Source: Gemmatimonadota bacterium (GTDB taxonomy: Bacteria > Gemmatimonadota > Gemmatimonadetes > Palauibacterales > KS3-K002). From it: a DNA stretch of 64,000 nucleotides. A program made the position numbers and the translations under genes. This document shows positions 28,443-38,172 of the stretch, one piece after another (position 1 is the first letter of the stretch; each line of letters begins with the position of its first letter). The notes below the pieces were generated by a model. It was not told where the DNA came from, did not search any database, and saw only the letters and a program-made list of their open reading frames with translations. The stretch spans positions 6,062-70,061 of the forward strand of contig JBDHKD010000005.1 of the NCBI GenBank assembly GCA_039586575.1, written 5' to 3'.

Positions 28443-29902
28443 CGGGTCGGGCCGGGGATCAGATGCTCGGCCACTGCCTCCTGCATGAGCGGGTCACCGC
28501 CCCAGGCGCAGAGGACATTCAACGCGGCGGGAAACTGAGCGGCGAGCCGCGGGTGGCCGAACAGCACGACGGTCGCAGCGGGCCGTTCCTCGAGGACGCA
28601 GTTCACCTCACGCGCCTTATCGGCCGCCAGCCACGACCGTCGCTTCCAGCCCCTTACATCCGAGAAGATGGCGAGCAGGTCGATGGCTGGGTCGAGCGAC
28701 CGGGGCTGAAGCAGCCGGGCGCCGCGCTCCTCGAGGCCGAGTCTTAGGCGGCTGCGGTCCAGCACCGCCGTGCCCGGTCCGGCCAGCGCCTCAGGCAGCT
28801 CCACGACATCGTCATCGATCACATGCAGGCGAAAGGCCTGCCGGGGGAGCGGGTGCGGGGGCGAGCCGCGCAGCGTTCGGATCGACGCGGCAGCCAGCTC
28901 CAGCGCCCGGGCGTAGCTCGGCACCGGTGCCCAGTCCTCAACCGCCAAGTCCGCGGTACGGGCGGCGATCTCGACGCGCTCCATGGACCTGGCGACCTGA
29001 CGTCCGTCGAGATGCTTCGACTCGAGCGCGGCCTTGAGCGCGGCGATGGTGTCGCCGGGCGATGACGGGTAGAGCAGGACATCGCAGCCGGCTCGCACCG
29101 CCTCGACCGCGGCGCCCGTCTCGGTGAGCCCCGTGGCCGTCAGGCCCGCCATGATCAGAGCGTCGCTGGCGACCAGGCCGTCGAACTTCAGCTCATTACG
29201 CAAGAGGCGGACGATCTTCCGCGAGAGGCTGGCCGGCTTACCCGACGGGTCGAGCGCCGGATAGGCGACGTGAGCGAGCATGACCGAGCTGACCTCCGCC
29301 TCGATCGCGGCGCGGAAGGGTGCGAGATCGGCTTCCAACGTCTCGCGCGTCCATCGGACAACGGGCAGCTCGGTGTGGGAGTCGGTCGTCGTACGCCCGT
29401 GGCCGGGGAAGTGTTTGGCGCAGGCGTGAATGCCCTCGTCCTGGACGGCCGTCACCCAGGCGCGCACGCGATCGGACACCGACGCCGCATCGGACCCGAA
29501 GCTCCGGGTCCCGATGATCGGGTTCAGCGGCTCGGCGTCCAGGTCGGCGACCGGACCGAGCACCCAGCCGACGCCGGCCGCCGCCGCCTCCTGCGCCGTC
29601 AGCCGCCCGGCCTCGGCCACCGCCTGATCGCCGATCCTCGCCAGCGCCGCCGCTGGCGGCAACGGCGTCGCCTCCTCGAACTGCTGGCCCGCCCCGCGCT
29701 CCAGGTCGGCAGCGAAGAGGAGCGGTCGGTTCTCACGCTCCAGCGCGCGAGCCACCAGCTCACGCATCCCGCTAACGCCGCCACCGAAGACGACGAAGCC
29801 ACCCACGCCTTGGTCGAGCGCGTGCCGCACCTCGGGCCACACTCTGTCGACGCTGCGCTCACCCCAGCGGATCACCGGGAAGACGAGGCGAGCCGGGTTC
29901 AT
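28439..29902 (-). CDS. nagZ: Glycoside hydrolase family 3 beta-N-acetylhexosaminidase (NagZ-like) with C-terminal extension
   Basis: 487 aa; KHFPGHG…D motif region typical of NagZ (…IHACAKHFPGHGRTTTDSHTELPVV…SDALIMAG…). Confidence 0.85.
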   Translation of the reverse strand: MNPARLVFPVIRWGERSVDRVWPEVRHALDQGVGGFVVFGGGVSGMRELVARALERENRPLLFAADLERGAGQQFEEATPLPPAAALARIGDQAVAEAGRLTAQEAAAAGVGWVLGPVADLDAEPLNPIIGTRSFGSDAASVSDRVRAWVTAVQDEGIHACAKHFPGHGRTTTDSHTELPVVRWTRETLEADLAPFRAAIEAEVSSVMLAHVAYPALDPSGKPASLSRKIVRLLRNELKFDGLVASDALIMAGLTATGLTETGAAVEAVRAGCDVLLYPSSPGDTIAALKAALESKHLDGRQVARSMERVEIAARTADLAVEDWAPVPSYARALELAAASIRTLRGSPPHPLPRQAFRLHVIDDDVVELPEALAGPGTAVLDRSRLRLGLEERGARLLQPRSLDPAIDLLAIFSDVRGWKRRSWLAADKAREVNCVLEERPAATVVLFGHPRLAAQFPAALNVLCAWGGDPLMQEAVAEHLIPGPTR

Positions 29903-31041
29903 GGCGGGGTCAGCTTGCCCAATAGGCGGGGCCCGCGGGCGCCGGTGACGGACGGCAGGTTACCCGGCCTCCCGGTCTGGAACAGGTGAGCGAGGATGGC
30001 GAAGGCGGCCGCCTCCTTGGCGTCGGGGTCCCAGCCCAGCGCCGAGAGATCGGTCACGGGGATCGCCGCCAGCGATTCCGCCAGCATCTGCATGAGCGCC
30101 GGGTTACGGGCGCCTCCACCCGAGACGATGCATTCGGCCGGCTGCGCATCGCCGCTGAACAATTCGGCGAACGCGCCGGCGATGGTCAGGGCGGTGAGCG
30201 CCGTCGCGTTGGCGACGAGATCGTCATCGGAGAGCCCCAGCTCTCGCCCCTGCCGTACCAACTCCCTGGCGTAGGCCATGCCGTAGCGCTCGCGGCCCGT
30301 CGACTTGGGCGGCTGCCGCCGGAAGTACTCGTCATCGAGCAGTCGGGCCAGTAGGTCATCGCTGACCCGGCCACGTGCGGCGCGCCGACCGTCCTCGTCG
30401 TAGCGCTCCGCCCCATCGCTCACGATCTCCACCACCGCATCGATCACCGCCACGCCGGGGCCGCTGTCGAACGCCAAGACGGGCGCGCCGCTCCCCTCCG
30501 GCGGCAGCAGCGTCACGTTGGCCATCCCACCGATATTCTGGAGCGCACGCCAGGCGTCGGGGATCGAGAAGAGCAGTTGATCGATCAGCGGCACGAGTGG
30601 CGCACCGTGCCCGCCCGCCGCCACATCGCGAGCCCGGAAGTCGGAAATCACCGGTACACCCAGCCGCTCGGCGATCACTGCGGCGTCACCCAGCTGCAGC
30701 GTTGCACCCAGCGCCTCTGCCGTCGGCGGCTCGTGCCAGAGCGTCTGGCCGTGCGAGCCTACGGCGGCCAGCTCATCCGGCGACAGGCCGGCGCCTTCCA
30801 GCAAGGCCAGCGCCGCGTCGGCGAACCAGCCACCCAGCTCGACGTTCAGGCGACACAGCTCGCGCGCTCCACCGTCGAGCGCCCGCTTGATAGTGGCGCG
30901 CTGCTCCGGCGTATAGGGTATGGAGACGAACGACTCGACGAACGCGCCCAGCCCGCCGTCCCGCTCCTCCACCTGAACCAGCGCCACATCGACGCCGTCC
31001 AGGGAAGTCCCCGACATGAGTCCCAGGTATCGGAAGGTCAA
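29899..31041 (-). CDS. anmK: Anhydro-N-acetylmuramic acid kinase
   Basis: 380 aa; N-terminal YLGLMSGTSLDGVDVALV motif diagnostic of AnmK. Confidence 0.9.
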   Translation of the reverse strand: MTFRYLGLMSGTSLDGVDVALVQVEERDGGLGAFVESFVSIPYTPEQRATIKRALDGGARELCRLNVELGGWFADAALALLEGAGLSPDELAAVGSHGQTLWHEPPTAEALGATLQLGDAAVIAERLGVPVISDFRARDVAAGGHGAPLVPLIDQLLFSIPDAWRALQNIGGMANVTLLPPEGSGAPVLAFDSGPGVAVIDAVVEIVSDGAERYDEDGRRAARGRVSDDLLARLLDDEYFRRQPPKSTGRERYGMAYARELVRQGRELGLSDDDLVANATALTALTIAGAFAELFSGDAQPAECIVSGGGARNPALMQMLAESLAAIPVTDLSALGWDPDAKEAAAFAILAHLFQTGRPGNLPSVTGARGPRLLGKLTPP

Positions 31042-31045
31042 CGCG

Positions 31046-32485
31046 CTATGGGTTGACGAGACGCCGAATCGCCTCGAGGTGAAAGTGATCGTGATCCACG
31101 ACGTGCCGCATCAGCTGGTAGATCGAGATCGGCCCGAAAGCCTCGTGCCGGCCCCGGTGCTCCCACGCGGTGGCGGCGGCGCGCTCCAGCCGGGCGGCCA
31201 GCGCGGCGCGGCTCGCCGCCCAGCGCTCGAGCAGCTCGGCGACCGGCGTCTCCCGCGCACCACCCTCGAGAATCTTGCGGTTCTCTACGTCGTCGTCGCG
31301 ATCGGCCAGGGTCGGCTCGTCCAGGGAGAGCATCGCCACGAGACGCTCAGCGAAGAACGCGTCGCCCTCGATTAGGTGCTGAATCTGTTCTTTCACGCAC
31401 CAGGAGTCCGCGCTCGGCCGGTGGCTCAGCGCATCGTCCGATAAGCCGGCGACCACGGCCGCGAGCCGGCCCGGCGACTCGCGGACCGCCTTGCTGACCA
31501 GCCCACGCGACTCGCCGTCCGGCGGCGCCGCCGGGTAGACCGCGTAGGGGTTCTTCGCCTTGCCGATCGCCTCGGCGTGCTCCAGCGCCAGGCGGACGAA
31601 GCCGCCCGACTCCGCCAGGTAGAGCGCGGCAAGCTCGCTGCTCGAGCCGGCCAGCTCCATCACCACTGCCAGCTTTACCGAGCCGCCAGCCGCCTCGATC
31701 AATGGCAGCGCCTGCTCACGGCTGCAGCCCGTCGCCGCCATCACGATGCGCGCGCTGCGATCGATCAGCTTGTCGCTCATCGCCTGCAGGTCGACCATCA
31801 GGTTCCCGTAGACTTTGCCCAGCCGGATCATCGCCCCGGTGGTCAGCGTGTTGAGGACGAGCTTGGTCGCTGTGCCCGCCTTCATGCGAGTCGAGCCGGC
31901 AACGACCTCGGGCCCGACCAGCGGGACCACGCACACATCGACCAGCTCACGCATCTCCGCGCCGGGCTCGGTGCAACACAGGAAGCCGGTGCGGGCCTCG
32001 CGCTCCGCCGCCCGCGCCAGCGCGGCACGCACGTACGGTGTAGTACTCGACGTCGCGATGCCGAAGACGAAGTCGTCGGGGCCGACCCCCGCTTCGTCGA
32101 TCGCCGCCGCGCCATCCTCGATCCGGTCCTCGGCACCCTCCTGGCTGCGGGTAAGAGCCGGCAGACCGCCGGCGATGATACCCTGGACCATCTCGGGATC
32201 GGAGCCGAAGGTGGGCGGACACTCGGTGGCATCGAGCACGCCCAGACGCCCACTCGTCCCCGCACCTATATAGATGAGGCGGCCGCCGCGTTTGAAGCAG
32301 TCGACCGCGATCTCGATAGCTTCTGCGATTCGCTCGCGCTCCGCCTGCACCGCCTTCGGCACATCGCGGTCTTCCGCGTTGATCAGGTCGACTATCCCCA
32401 GCGGCAGCGCGAGGTCGATGTCCCTGGTCCGCGGGTTACGCTGTTCGGTCAGCCGGGAATCGAAGAGGTCGTCGCTCATAAGCAC
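31046..32485 (-). CDS. murQ: N-acetylmuramic acid 6-phosphate etherase (MurQ, SIS domain) fused to a C-terminal DinB_2-like domain
   Basis: The first ~300 aa are MurQ-like (…IYIGAGTSGRLGVLDATECPPTF…GSTRMKAGTATKLVLN…). The last ~170 aa carry DinB/YfiT-like His motifs (HRPSADSWCVKEQIQHLIE… HVVDHDHFHLEAI). Confidence 0.85.
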   Translation of the reverse strand: MLMSDDLFDSRLTEQRNPRTRDIDLALPLGIVDLINAEDRDVPKAVQAERERIAEAIEIAVDCFKRGGRLIYIGAGTSGRLGVLDATECPPTFGSDPEMVQGIIAGGLPALTRSQEGAEDRIEDGAAAIDEAGVGPDDFVFGIATSSTTPYVRAALARAAEREARTGFLCCTEPGAEMRELVDVCVVPLVGPEVVAGSTRMKAGTATKLVLNTLTTGAMIRLGKVYGNLMVDLQAMSDKLIDRSARIVMAATGCSREQALPLIEAAGGSVKLAVVMELAGSSSELAALYLAESGGFVRLALEHAEAIGKAKNPYAVYPAAPPDGESRGLVSKAVRESPGRLAAVVAGLSDDALSHRPSADSWCVKEQIQHLIEGDAFFAERLVAMLSLDEPTLADRDDDVENRKILEGGARETPVAELLERWAASRAALAARLERAAATAWEHRGRHEAFGPISIYQLMRHVVDHDHFHLEAIRRLVNP

Positions 32486-32594
32486 ATCGGAATGCCTCGA
32501 GGCCGAAGGCCCGCACTCGTGGGCCGCCGTTGCCGAAGTCTCCCCGGCAACCTAACCTTCGCGGGTTCGCACAAAAAGAACCCCAGAGAGGAAG

Positions 32595-33782
32595 ATGGAG
32601 CTACTCTCCCGAGCCAACGAGCTCGCTACCGAGCTCACCGAGATCCGGCGCGACATCCACGCGCACCCCGAGCTCTCGTTCCAAGAGACCCGCACCGCCG
32701 CACTGGTCGCCGAGCGACTCAAGAGCCTGGGCTACGCGGTGCGGACCGGCGTCGGCCTCACCGGTGTGATCGGCGAGCTGGGGAGCGGCGAGGGACGCCG
32801 GGTCGCGCTGCGCGCCGACATGGACGCGCTGCCGATACAGGAGGCCAACGACGTTGCCTACCGCTCGCAGCGGGACGGCGTCATGCACGCCTGCGGACAC
32901 GACGCCCACGTCGCCTGCCTGCTGGGGGCGGCCAAGCTGCTGGCGGAAAGTGCGGAGCGCGGCATGCTACCAGCGGGTCGGGTGCGGCTGATCTTCCAGC
33001 CGTCGGAGGAGACGACCGACGTCGAGAACATGAGCGGCGCGCAGCGGATGATTGCCGATGGCGCAATGGAGGGCGTCGATACGGTCCTCGGTCTACACGT
33101 CGCCGCCGAATCGCCGGCCGGTACGGTGCTTTTCCGCAGCGGCCGACTGATGGCCGGCAACGATACTCTCTTCGGCACCGTCGGCGGCGCCAGCGCGCAC
33201 GCCGCCCTACCCCACGAGGGTCAGGACGCCGTGTTGCTCGCTAGCCATGTCGTGCTCGCCGTGCAGGCGATCGTCGCCCGTCGTATCGATCCGCTACTAC
33301 CGGCGGTCATCACCTTCGGTAAGATCGCAGGCGGGACCGCCGAGAACATCGTGTCGAGCGAGGTCCGGCTCGAGGGCACACTCCGCTACTTCGACAACCA
33401 TGTTCGCGACAAGCTCCACGAGGAGCTGCGACGCGCCTTCGCCGTAGCCGACGCCATGGGCGGCGCCGGCACCGTCGAGATCCGGCCCGGCTACCCGCCG
33501 GTCATCAACGACGCCCGGCTCACTGAGATGGTTCGGGCCGCGGCGCGCTCGCTGGTCGGCGAAGCGGATGTGGCAACCGCCGACCTGATCATGGGCGCCG
33601 AGGACTTCGCCTTCCTGGCCCGCGAAGCGCCCGGCTGCTTCTTCTGGCTAGGCGCCGGCATCGAGGGTGATCGGCGCCACCACCACTCCCCCCGCTTCGA
33701 TATCGATGAGAGCTGCCTGACCCGCGGCGCCGCCGTGCTGGCGGCGGCGGCTCAGACGGTGCTGGCCGAATGGTACCGGTGA
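32595..33782 (+). CDS. M20D-family amidohydrolase (N-acyl-L-amino acid amidohydrolase/hippurate hydrolase-like)
   Basis: 395 aa; …HPELSFQE…MHACGHDAH…GGTAENI… are motifs of peptidase M20D. Confidence 0.88.
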   Translation: MELLSRANELATELTEIRRDIHAHPELSFQETRTAALVAERLKSLGYAVRTGVGLTGVIGELGSGEGRRVALRADMDALPIQEANDVAYRSQRDGVMHACGHDAHVACLLGAAKLLAESAERGMLPAGRVRLIFQPSEETTDVENMSGAQRMIADGAMEGVDTVLGLHVAAESPAGTVLFRSGRLMAGNDTLFGTVGGASAHAALPHEGQDAVLLASHVVLAVQAIVARRIDPLLPAVITFGKIAGGTAENIVSSEVRLEGTLRYFDNHVRDKLHEELRRAFAVADAMGGAGTVEIRPGYPPVINDARLTEMVRAAARSLVGEADVATADLIMGAEDFAFLAREAPGCFFWLGAGIEGDRRHHHSPRFDIDESCLTRGAAVLAAAAQTVLAEWYR

Positions 33783-34453
33783 AGGCGCCGCCCCAATCGA
33801 CGCGCCGGCGCGTACGAGCCTTGAATCGCCGGCTCGAGCGTGAGTACGGACGGCCCCGGAAGCAGCGACTCGACCCCTTGGACGAGTTGATGTTGACGAT
33901 CCTCAGCCAAAACACGTCCGACACGAATCGCGACCGGGCCTACGAGTCGTTGCGCGAGCGCTTCCGCGACTGGGAAGAGGTACGCCTAGCCGCCAGAAGC
34001 GAGGTGGAAGACGCGATCCGCTCCGCCGGCCTCTGGAAGCAGAAAGCCCGGACGCTGCAGGAAGCACTCGACGCCATCCACGCCGAGCAGGGTGACCTCG
34101 ACCTGTCGCACCTGCACCGGATGTCCGACGCCGAGGTGATCGAGTACCTGACGCGCTTCCGCGGTGTCGGCGTCAAGACCGCGGCGTGCGTGCTCTGCTT
34201 CGCCATGGGCCGGCCTTACATGCCGGTGGACACGCACGTCCACCGGGTGACACGCCGGCTCGGCTTGATCCCGGCAGACATCACCGCCGACCAGGCTCAC
34301 TGGCTCCTGAACCACGACAGCTCGGTCCCGGCCGAGCTGCGCTTCTCCTTTCATATCCAGTTGATCAGGCACGGTCGCGCCGTTTGCCGGGCGAGCCGTC
34401 CGGCGTGCAGGTCTTGCGTGCTGGAGGGTCTTTGCCCAAGAATCGGCATCTAG
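33770..34453 (+). CDS. nth: Endonuclease III-like HhH-GPD base-excision repair glycosylase with a [4Fe-4S] cluster
   Basis: 227 aa; HhH-GPD (…FRGVGVKTAACVLCFAMGRPYMPVDTHVHRV…) and C-X6-C-X2-C-X5-C (CRASRPACRSCVLEGLC). Confidence 0.8.
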   Translation: MVPVKAPPQSTRRRVRALNRRLEREYGRPRKQRLDPLDELMLTILSQNTSDTNRDRAYESLRERFRDWEEVRLAARSEVEDAIRSAGLWKQKARTLQEALDAIHAEQGDLDLSHLHRMSDAEVIEYLTRFRGVGVKTAACVLCFAMGRPYMPVDTHVHRVTRRLGLIPADITADQAHWLLNHDSSVPAELRFSFHIQLIRHGRAVCRASRPACRSCVLEGLCPRIGI

Positions 34454-34486
34454 TCGCCAGCCGAACCTGAGAGAAAGGATCGACCT

Positions 34487-36232
34487 ATGCGGCGCCTCAG
34501 CCTCCTCCTCGCCCTCATCACCGTGGCGGCCTGCGCCCCGCCGCCAGGGCCCGGTGCGGGCGGAGCGCCCGGTGTGGTCTTCCCGTTCGACTGGGAGTTC
34601 CGGGGGCTCGACCCCACCGGCACCGGGACCCAGGGGATGGTGGCCACCACCGACGTGCGGGCCACACGCGTCGGTGTGGAGATCCTGCAGGCCGGCGGTA
34701 ACGCCGCCGATGCGGCGATCGCCGTGGCCTTCGCGCTCGCCGTGGTACACCCAGCGGCCGGCAACATCGGCGGCGGTGGTTTCGCCGTGGTCCGGCTGAC
34801 CGACGGCGAAACGGCGGCCCTCGATTTCCGCGAGATGGCGCCGCTGTTGGCGATGCCCGAACGGTTCCTGGACGAGACGGGCAAGCCCACCGACGCCTCG
34901 GTGCTCGGCCATCTGGCCTCCGGTGTACCGGGCTCGGTAGCAGGGCTCTGGGAGCTGCACAAGCGTTTCGGCTCGCTCCCCTGGGCCGACCTCATCGCTC
35001 CGGCCATCGACCTGGCGGAGAACGGCTTCACCGTCAGCGAGCGGTTCCATAACGGGCTCGCCGGCAAGCGGACGGCGTTCGCCGACTTCGAGACCACCCA
35101 GCAGATCTTCTACCCCGGCGGCGAAGCACCCCGCGTCGGTTCCACCTTCCGGCAACCGATGCTCGCGCGCACGCTCCGGTTGATCGCCAACGAGGGCAAG
35201 GCGGTGTTCTACAGCGGGGTCATCGCCGACATGATCGTCGACGAGATGCGCCGGAACGGCGGCCTGATCACTCACGAGGACCTGCGACGCTACAGCGCGC
35301 GCTGGCGTGACCCGATCACCTTCGAGTACCGCGGCCACACCATCATATCGATGCCACCGTCCTCGTCGGGCGGCGTGACGATCGCCGAGGCCCTGAACAT
35401 CCTCGAGGGCTACAACCTGCGCGAGCTGGGGTTCGGCTCGGCAGACGCCATCCATCTTATCGCCGAGGCCTTCCGTCGCGCCTTCGCCGACCGCAACTAC
35501 TACCTGGGCGACCCCGACTTCGTGGAGATGCCGGTCGAGCGCCTGATCAGCGACGAGTACGCCGCGGAACTGCGCGCCGGCATCTCACGCAGCCGCGCTT
35601 CGCCATCCGAACAGTTCAACCGCGTCCCCGTACTGAACGAGGGGTCGAATACCACGCACTTCTCGGTGGTCGACGGGCAGGGTAACGCGGTATCACTGAC
35701 CACCACGATCAACTCGGGCTACGGTTCCGGAGTCGTCGTGGCGCGGGCCGGCTTCTTCCTCAACAACGAGATGGACGACTTCACGTTGCGCCCCGGCTAC
35801 GCGAACCAGTTCGGGCTCGTGCAGAGCGAGGCGAACCTGGTGGGCCCCGAGCGACGGATGCTCTCCGCCATGACCCCGACGATCATACTCGACCCGCAAG
35901 GCGAGCTGCGGATCGTCGTCGGCTCGCCGGGCGGCCCACGGATTATCACCGCGGTCGCGCAGGCGATCATCAACGTCATCGACTTCGGGATGGACGTGCG
36001 CTACGCTGTCGACGCGCCGCGCATTCACCATCAGCTGCTGCCGGACGAGATCCAGTACGAGAAGAACGGCATCGACGACAGAACCGTTTCGCTGCTGCAA
36101 GGCTTTAGGCATTCGCTCTCGCACAAGCAGTATTACTTCGGCGACGTTCAGATGATCGTCCGGGCGCCAGACGGAACGCTGTACGGAGCGTCCGACCCGA
36201 GAAGCGAGGGCGGTCGGGCGATCGGCTACTGA
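34487..36232 (+). CDS. ggt: Gamma-glutamyltransferase (secreted)
   Basis: 581 aa; signal peptide; …GGNAADAAIA…GNIGGGGF…TTHFSVVD (catalytic Thr)…GSPGG… are GGT motifs. Confidence 0.93.
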   Translation: MRRLSLLLALITVAACAPPPGPGAGGAPGVVFPFDWEFRGLDPTGTGTQGMVATTDVRATRVGVEILQAGGNAADAAIAVAFALAVVHPAAGNIGGGGFAVVRLTDGETAALDFREMAPLLAMPERFLDETGKPTDASVLGHLASGVPGSVAGLWELHKRFGSLPWADLIAPAIDLAENGFTVSERFHNGLAGKRTAFADFETTQQIFYPGGEAPRVGSTFRQPMLARTLRLIANEGKAVFYSGVIADMIVDEMRRNGGLITHEDLRRYSARWRDPITFEYRGHTIISMPPSSSGGVTIAEALNILEGYNLRELGFGSADAIHLIAEAFRRAFADRNYYLGDPDFVEMPVERLISDEYAAELRAGISRSRASPSEQFNRVPVLNEGSNTTHFSVVDGQGNAVSLTTTINSGYGSGVVVARAGFFLNNEMDDFTLRPGYANQFGLVQSEANLVGPERRMLSAMTPTIILDPQGELRIVVGSPGGPRIITAVAQAIINVIDFGMDVRYAVDAPRIHHQLLPDEIQYEKNGIDDRTVSLLQGFRHSLSHKQYYFGDVQMIVRAPDGTLYGASDPRSEGGRAIGY

Positions 36233-36233
36233 G

Positions 36234-37994
36234 GTGCTGAAGCAGCTCGCGCCGCTACTTCCCTACGCGCGCCGCTACCGGAGGCGCATCGCTGCCGGGC
36301 TTGCCCTGGTGGTGGTGAGCAACCTGTTCGCCCTCACCTGGCCCTACCTGCTGAAGCTGGCCATCGACGCGTTGGATGAGGGGATCACGCCGCGCGGGCT
36401 CGCCGCCTACGCGGGGGCGATCGTCGGGTTCTCCCTGCTGGGCGGCATCGGCAGGTACTTGATGCGCGAGCTGCTCAACGGGATGAGTCGCCATGTCGAG
36501 ACCGATCTGCGCGACGACTACTTCGGCCACCTACTGAGGCTGGCGCCGGACTTTTATGGGCGCGTCCCCACCGGCGAGCTGATGAGCCGGGCCACCAACG
36601 ACATCCCGGCGGTACGCATGGTGATCGGTCCGGCGATCATGTACCTGGTGAACACCGCCGTGGTCTCGGTCATCGCGCTCACGATGCTCATACTGATCGA
36701 CCTGCGGCTCACCATTCTCTCCATCCTGCCGCTCGCTCTGGTCCCGCTGGTCACCATCTATTTCGGTCGCGAGATCCACAAGCGCTTCGAGGCGATCCAG
36801 GCGCAGTTCGGTCGCATCTCCACCATGGCCCAGGAGAACCTGGCGGGCGCCCGCATCGTGCGCGCCTACGTGCAGGAGGACTCGCAGGCCGGCCGCTTCG
36901 CCGAGCTCAACCGCGACTACATGGTGCGGAATATCCGATTGGCGAAGATCTGGGGTCTCTTCCACCCCGCACTGATGACGCTCACCGGGCTGGGTGCTGT
37001 CATCGTGCTCGGTGTCGGCGGCCGCGACGTGATCATGGGTCGCATCACCATCGGCGACTTCGTCGCCTTCGCCTTCTACCTGTTGCAGCTCATCTGGCCG
37101 ATGATCGCTCTGGGCTGGGTAATCAACCTGTTCGAGCGTGGCGCCGCATCGATGGGGCGGATCCAGGAGATCATGAGCGCCGAGCCCTCGATCCGCGACG
37201 CGCCGGACCCGTTGGAGGTCGCGGCGCCACGAGGCGCCATCGAGTTCAGAGACGTCTCGTTCCGCTACCCCGGCACCGACCGCTACGTGTTGCGGAACCT
37301 CTCGTTCACTATCGCGGCCGGCCAGACCGTGGCCATCGTCGGCCGCACCGGCTCCGGCAAGAGCTCGATCGTCAAGCTGATCCCGCGCTTCTACGATCCC
37401 GACCACGGCGCGATCCTCCTCGACGGCGTCCCGATCCAGCGCGTCCGCATCGAGCAGCTACGCCGCCTCATCGCCATGGTGCCACAGGAGCCCTTCCTGT
37501 TCTCCGAACGGCTGGACGCTAACATCGGCTTCGGATTGCAGAACGGTGACGACCGGGAACGCATCGAGCTAGCGGCCGAGATCGCCCAGCTGGCCGAGAC
37601 GATCCAGGACTTCCCGAAGGGCTACGATACCCAGCTGGGCGAGCGCGGCATCAACCTGTCGGGCGGCCAAAAGCAGCGAGCGACACTGGCCCGGGCGCTG
37701 ACTCGCGACGCCCCGGTACTGATCCTGGACGACGCCCTCTCATCGGTCGACACCCACACCGAGGCCGCCATACTCGCCGGCCTGAAGGACGTGTTCGTAG
37801 GGCGCACCAGCCTGATCGTCTCGCACCGGGTGAGCGCCGTGAAGGACGCCGACCTCATACTGGTCGTGGAAGACGGCGAGATCGTGGAGTGCGGTGTCCA
37901 CTCGCAGCTCTTGGAAGCGGATGGCGTGTACGCCCGATTGCTCAGGCGCCAGTTGCTGGAGGAGAGCCTCGAGGTCGATGCCGGCGCCGCTTAG
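36234..37994 (+). CDS. ABC transporter ATP-binding/permease fusion (MsbA-like exporter)
   Basis: 586 aa; 6 TM helices + NBD with Walker A GRTGSGKSS, signature LSGGQKQR, Walker B ILILDDALS. Confidence 0.93.
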   Translation: MLKQLAPLLPYARRYRRRIAAGLALVVVSNLFALTWPYLLKLAIDALDEGITPRGLAAYAGAIVGFSLLGGIGRYLMRELLNGMSRHVETDLRDDYFGHLLRLAPDFYGRVPTGELMSRATNDIPAVRMVIGPAIMYLVNTAVVSVIALTMLILIDLRLTILSILPLALVPLVTIYFGREIHKRFEAIQAQFGRISTMAQENLAGARIVRAYVQEDSQAGRFAELNRDYMVRNIRLAKIWGLFHPALMTLTGLGAVIVLGVGGRDVIMGRITIGDFVAFAFYLLQLIWPMIALGWVINLFERGAASMGRIQEIMSAEPSIRDAPDPLEVAAPRGAIEFRDVSFRYPGTDRYVLRNLSFTIAAGQTVAIVGRTGSGKSSIVKLIPRFYDPDHGAILLDGVPIQRVRIEQLRRLIAMVPQEPFLFSERLDANIGFGLQNGDDRERIELAAEIAQLAETIQDFPKGYDTQLGERGINLSGGQKQRATLARALTRDAPVLILDDALSSVDTHTEAAILAGLKDVFVGRTSLIVSHRVSAVKDADLILVVEDGEIVECGVHSQLLEADGVYARLLRRQLLEESLEVDAGAA

Positions 37995-38172
37995 CTCGGT
38001 CACCCAGGCATCCTCGACTTCAACCAGACCCAACATCGACCCGCCCTCGATGCGGGTGTGGACGTACACGCGCCGGCGCTCTCGGTCGAGCTGGTAGGTC
38101 GTGGCACCCGGTTTGAAGGGAAGCGCCGAATAGTGGAACTTGGCTGCACACGAACCGAGCGGAGGAGAGTGG

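Noticed and set aside
31577-33244. 555-aa plus-strand ORF
   Set aside because: Antisense to murQ and out of frame over the M20D gene. No motifs.
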